A model generated the notes under the pieces. That model made no database searches and was not told where the DNA came from. It saw only the letters and a list, made by a program, of their open reading frames with translations. From Candidatus Omnitrophota bacterium (lineage in GTDB: Bacteria > Omnitrophota > Gorgyraeia > Gygaellales > Profunditerraquicolaceae), in the NCBI GenBank assembly GCA_030650425.1, contig JAUSED010000008.1, forward strand, positions 68,554 to 132,553: 64,000 nucleotides of DNA, written 5' to 3'. This document shows positions 60,320-64,000 of this stretch, in pieces (position 1 is the first letter of the stretch; each line of letters starts with the position of its first letter). The translations under genes were made by a program, and so were the position numbers.

Positions 60320-61093
60320 GTGCGCAAACGAAAGGTAGTAGGCGTAATACCCGCGCGGATGGAGGCATCGAGGTTTCCGGGAAAACCGCTGGCGATGATA
60401 CTCGGTTTGCCGATGATCGAGCATGTGCGCAGAAGAGTTTGCCTCTCCGATGTATTTGACGATATTTATGTAGCGACATGCAACAAAGAGATATTTGATA
60501 CGGTTAGGAAAAATGGCGGCAAGGCCTTAATGACAGCGAATACCCATCAACGTTGCACGGATAGGGTAGAAGAAGCGGTCCGTGAAATCGACGCCGACAT
60601 CGTAGTCATAATCCAGGGGGACGAGCCCCTGCTCGATCCGCATATCTTCCATAGCTTAATTGAGCCTATGTTGAGAGATAATTTTCTAAAATGCGCTAAT
60701 CTCTTATCGGTTATAAATGAGAAAAGCGACCTGGCGGATACCGATATAGTAAAGGCTGTTTTGGATGAGCAGGGTTTTGTGATGTATTATTCAAGGGCGC
60801 CGATTCCTTACCTGCGCGCGGATAAATCTCGCCCGATGTATCGTCAGACAGGATTATCGGTTTTCACAAAAAAATTTATTCAGCTATTTTCTAATTTGGC
60901 GCCTACGCCCCTTGAAAAAGCAGAATCTGTTGATTTTTTACGTATCCTTGAGCACGGTTACGAAATTAAAGGTGTCCTCTATAATAATATGACGGTTGGC
61001 ATAGACCGTCAGGATGATATTCAAAAAGTGGAAACCATCCTAAAAGCCGATCCAAAACAGTTCGGCATATATGAAAATATATTAAAGATATGA
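60320..61093 (+). CDS. KdsB-like CMP-ulosonate cytidylyltransferase
   Basis: IPARMEASRFPGKPL, TDRVEEA, QGDEP, YYSRAPIP and LEKAESVD motifs. Confidence 0.88.
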   Translation: MRKRKVVGVIPARMEASRFPGKPLAMILGLPMIEHVRRRVCLSDVFDDIYVATCNKEIFDTVRKNGGKALMTANTHQRCTDRVEEAVREIDADIVVIIQGDEPLLDPHIFHSLIEPMLRDNFLKCANLLSVINEKSDLADTDIVKAVLDEQGFVMYYSRAPIPYLRADKSRPMYRQTGLSVFTKKFIQLFSNLAPTPLEKAESVDFLRILEHGYEIKGVLYNNMTVGIDRQDDIQKVETILKADPKQFGIYENILKI

Positions 61094-62013
61094 AAGCGAA
61101 GATATTTGTTGCCTTGTCTTCATTTGCGGAATTTGGAAACGAGCCCTTGAAGCTATTTGAGGATAATGGGTTTGAATACTCCCTTAATTCTCTGGGAAGG
61201 CGCCTGATACAGCAGGAAATCGTCCAGCTGGGAAAAGACTGCGAAGGGATTATCGCGGGGGTTGAACCTTATGACGATTATGTGTTGGAGAGGATGCCGA
61301 AACTACGTTGTATAAGCCGCTGCGGCGTTGGAATAGATAATATAGACCTGGGGAAGGCAAAAGAAAAAGGGATTACCGTCAAAAATACCCCCGATATTGT
61401 AACCCTGCCTGTAGCTGAGTTGACGATAGGTATGATCTTTGATTTGTTGCGGAAGATATCCTATCACACTAATCTGATGAAAGCGCGCCAATGGCGGAGA
61501 AAGGCAGGCAGTTTGCTTTCAGGCAGTAAAATCGGAGTCTTGGGGTTAGGGAGGATAGGGAAAAAAGTATCTGAAATGCTCGTTGGTTTGAATGCCGTTG
61601 TTTACGGAGCCGATTTATCTCCAAACACTTCCTGGGCAGCGAAGAATAAAGTTGAAATTGTTTCTAAGGATTTTATATTAAGGGAATGTGATATCATAAC
61701 TATTCATATTGCATCACCGGAGGGGGAGGAGTTTATTCTTAGTAAAAAAGAAATCGAAGCTATGAAAAAAGGGGCTTTATTGATCAATACCTCCAGAGGT
61801 AAATTTCTTGATGAAACAGCCTTATGCGCTGCCTTGGAGTCAAATCATCTAGGCGGAGCTGCGTTAGATGTGTATTCCCAGGAGCCTTATGCTGGGCCTT
61901 TATGCGATATGGATAATGTTGTGTTAATCCCCCATCTAGGCAGTTTCACCAGAGAATCAAGAAATCAAATGGAAATAGAAGCCGTTAAAAATGCAATCAA
62001 TTTTCTTAAGTAA
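61090..62013 (+). CDS. D-isomer-specific 2-hydroxyacid dehydrogenase (phosphoglycerate dehydrogenase-like)
   Basis: GVGIDNID, GLGRIG, INTSRG, ALDVYSQEP and PHLGS motifs. Confidence 0.9.
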   Translation: MKAKIFVALSSFAEFGNEPLKLFEDNGFEYSLNSLGRRLIQQEIVQLGKDCEGIIAGVEPYDDYVLERMPKLRCISRCGVGIDNIDLGKAKEKGITVKNTPDIVTLPVAELTIGMIFDLLRKISYHTNLMKARQWRRKAGSLLSGSKIGVLGLGRIGKKVSEMLVGLNAVVYGADLSPNTSWAAKNKVEIVSKDFILRECDIITIHIASPEGEEFILSKKEIEAMKKGALLINTSRGKFLDETALCAALESNHLGGAALDVYSQEPYAGPLCDMDNVVLIPHLGSFTRESRNQMEIEAVKNAINFLK

Positions 62014-62698
62014 ATTTCAAGCAGTATATTTTAAACTAAGCATGTTTACGAAAAGCTTGCGGAATATTCCTGCGCAAACAAGCAAAGAAATAAATATGTT
62101 CAAGATAATTCTTGATCAATATCTAGATAGGCCTATTAAAATTTTTGAATGGGGGAGCGGATGCAGCACAATTTATTATTCAAAGTATTTAAAATCTAAA
62201 AATGCGAATTTCCAGTGGCATGCGGTTGATAATAATAAGCCTTGGTATGAAAAGGTATTAACTGATATAAAAAAAGAAAATCTGATCTCTCATATCCATC
62301 TATATTTGAAAGAATTCTTGCCATTTTGGCAGAAGCCGGGATGGGGCCAAATACCGCCTCCCTGCGCTGTTTTTAGCCCGAAGGAAGATAATGAATGGGC
62401 TTATATTCGTCTGCCTCAAGAGATGAATCAGAAATTTGATATCATTATTATTGACGCAAGGTTTCGCAGGCATTGCGTTCAGATTGCCAAGCAGGTACTC
62501 GCCCCCGGTGGGGTTGTGATTATGCATGACGCGCATAAACCGCATTATCACCAGGGATTGGAGGGTTTTCCTTTAAGGAGTTTTTACGATACTGGTTCTT
62601 GGTATCCGTTTCAAGAAAGACCCAATCAAGTTTGGGTGGGCAGTATGAAAAATCAAATTATTTTTGACGTACTAAAATCATTCGAGAAGGCTGTATGA
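61991..62698 (+). CDS. Class I methyltransferase-like protein
   Basis: FEWGSGCST, FDIIIIDARFR and LAPGGVVIMHD motifs; start may be at 62042. Confidence 0.75.
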   Translation: MQSIFLSKFQAVYFKLSMFTKSLRNIPAQTSKEINMFKIILDQYLDRPIKIFEWGSGCSTIYYSKYLKSKNANFQWHAVDNNKPWYEKVLTDIKKENLISHIHLYLKEFLPFWQKPGWGQIPPPCAVFSPKEDNEWAYIRLPQEMNQKFDIIIIDARFRRHCVQIAKQVLAPGGVVIMHDAHKPHYHQGLEGFPLRSFYDTGSWYPFQERPNQVWVGSMKNQIIFDVLKSFEKAV

Positions 62699-64000
62699 TG
62701 AAAGTCTTGCTTATTAATCCCCCGATGTTGGTAGATGAAAAACCGAAATTTCCTTCTTTTGGCATGGCCTATATTTATCATGCCTTACGGTCAGCTGGTT
62801 ATGAAACGGCCTTGCTGGATATTGACGCTTATCGCTACCCTAAAGAATACGTTCTTGACTTTATCCGGGCGAATCAACCGGATGTAATTGGTCTAGGCGG
62901 CCTGGTCACGGTTTACCCTTATTTGGCCTGGCTGGTCCCGGAGGCCCGGAAAATATTCCCGGATATTAAAATAGCGCTTGGAGGTCCGGTAGCCTCATCG
63001 TTAAGAGAAAGGTGTTTTGAACGGTTAGCCGTTGATTTTATTGTTGTCGGGGAAGGCGAACTAACTGTTGTCCAGTTATTAAATGCCTTGCAGGGCAAGG
63101 AAAATATACTTCAGGTGAATGGAATAGGATTTAAAGATAGCGGAAAGGTTATTTTTACAGAACCCAGGCCCTTGATGCCGGATCTCTCAGGGGTGCCTTT
63201 TTTTGATGATACGATCTTTCCGATGGAAGATTTTCTTAAGCGGAGCTCCGGGGTTTTCCAGATTCACGTCCAACGGGGATGTCCGTCTAATTGCACTTTT
63301 TGTTTTAACGCCTTCCGTGTGGTGAGCCGAAAGGTGCGTTATCGGCCTGTCTCGCATATTCTGAGGGAGTTAAAATCGTTTAAAGAGAAATATAAAGAAA
63401 AAATAAGTCTTTTTGCGCTCGCAGGTGAATGCGTCACTATGAACAGAGAATGGCTGAGAGATTTCTCCCAAGGCCTAATTGAGGCCGAATTAAACATCAA
63501 TTATCGTGTTACCTCCCGCGTTGATACGATCGATGAAGAAAGATTGGAGTGGCTGCGCAGAAGCGGCTGCTCAACAATCTCTTTTGGGCTTGAATCCGGC
63601 AGCAGCGATATCCTAAGAATTATGCGGAAAAACTCTACGCCGGAGAAAGGCCTCCGCGCTGTTCATTTGGCGCGGAAGTATATCCCGCACGTTGAAGTTT
63701 CCATTATGCTGGGATATGTGGGAGAAAATCGGAAAACCTTGGATGAGACAGTATCTTTTTGCAAAAAGCTGGGCATCCGTCCGGTTATTTTTTATGCGAC
63801 ACCTTTTCCGGGTACGGAACTCTATTCCATGGCGCTGCAAAAAAGACGTATTCTTGACGAAGAAAGTTATCTGATGGGCCTGGATAAAAAGGTTATTTCT
63901 GCGTTGAACCTGAATTTAACCGATATGGAAGATAAGGATGCGCGCTCCTTAATCATTGCGGCCCATAAAGAAATTGAGAGATATTATTTTGTACGCAGCC
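62695..64000 (+). CDS. B12-binding radical SAM enzyme, 3'-truncated (absent from the ORF track)
   Basis: Manual translation gives MMKVLLINPP...GGPVAS...VGEGE...QRGCPSNCTFC (63271-63303)...GLESGS...TPFPGT; ATGA overlap with the upstream gene; appears open to the window end. Confidence 0.88.
   Translation, partial: MMKVLLINPPMLVDEKPKFPSFGMAYIYHALRSAGYETALLDIDAYRYPKEYVLDFIRANQPDVIGLGGLVTVYPYLAWLVPEARKIFPDIKIALGGPVASSLRERCFERLAVDFIVVGEGELTVVQLLNALQGKENILQVNGIGFKDSGKVIFTEPRPLMPDLSGVPFFDDTIFPMEDFLKRSSGVFQIHVQRGCPSNCTFCFNAFRVVSRKVRYRPVSHILRELKSFKEKYKEKISLFALAGECVTMNREWLRDFSQGLIEAELNINYRVTSRVDTIDEERLEWLRRSGCSTISFGLESGSSDILRIMRKNSTPEKGLRAVHLARKYIPHVEVSIMLGYVGENRKTLDETVSFCKKLGIRPVIFYATPFPGTELYSMALQKRRILDEESYLMGLDKKVISALNLNLTDMEDKDARSLIIAAHKEIERYYFVRS

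Overview
A gene-dense window with essentially all genes on the + strand, read in the standard bacterial code. It begins with the 3' part of tyrS and a SemiSWEET gene. Next is a nucleotide-sugar block (rmlA, an NRS/ER-like epimerase-reductase, rmlB, two RfbE-like epimerases, gmd, fcl), interrupted by a repeat-containing hypothetical protein and a papain-like protease. From about 9.6 kb to the window end runs one tightly packed surface-glycan locus of more than 54 kb, headed by a sigma70-type promoter, two palindromic operator boxes and an EPS-associated MarR-type regulator. The locus encodes a pseudaminic-acid-type pathway (PseB, RmlD-PseC fusion, PseG/H/I-like, SpsF) with extra tailoring enzymes. 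It also has two carbon-chain-building modules: SIS isomerase/kinase/nucleotidyltransferase/split transketolase/radical SAM, and SIS/transaldolase/HpcH aldolase/KdsB-like. The remainder includes four B12-binding radical SAM enzymes, many methyltransferases, an ABC flippase and only non-canonical putative glycosyltransferases. At the DNA level, two different REP-like palindromic elements are read in frame inside rmlB, and a related 19-bp inverted repeat lies between rmlA and the next gene. I saw no rRNA, tRNA, CRISPR array or transposase. All product calls come from motifs recognised by eye, not from database searches.
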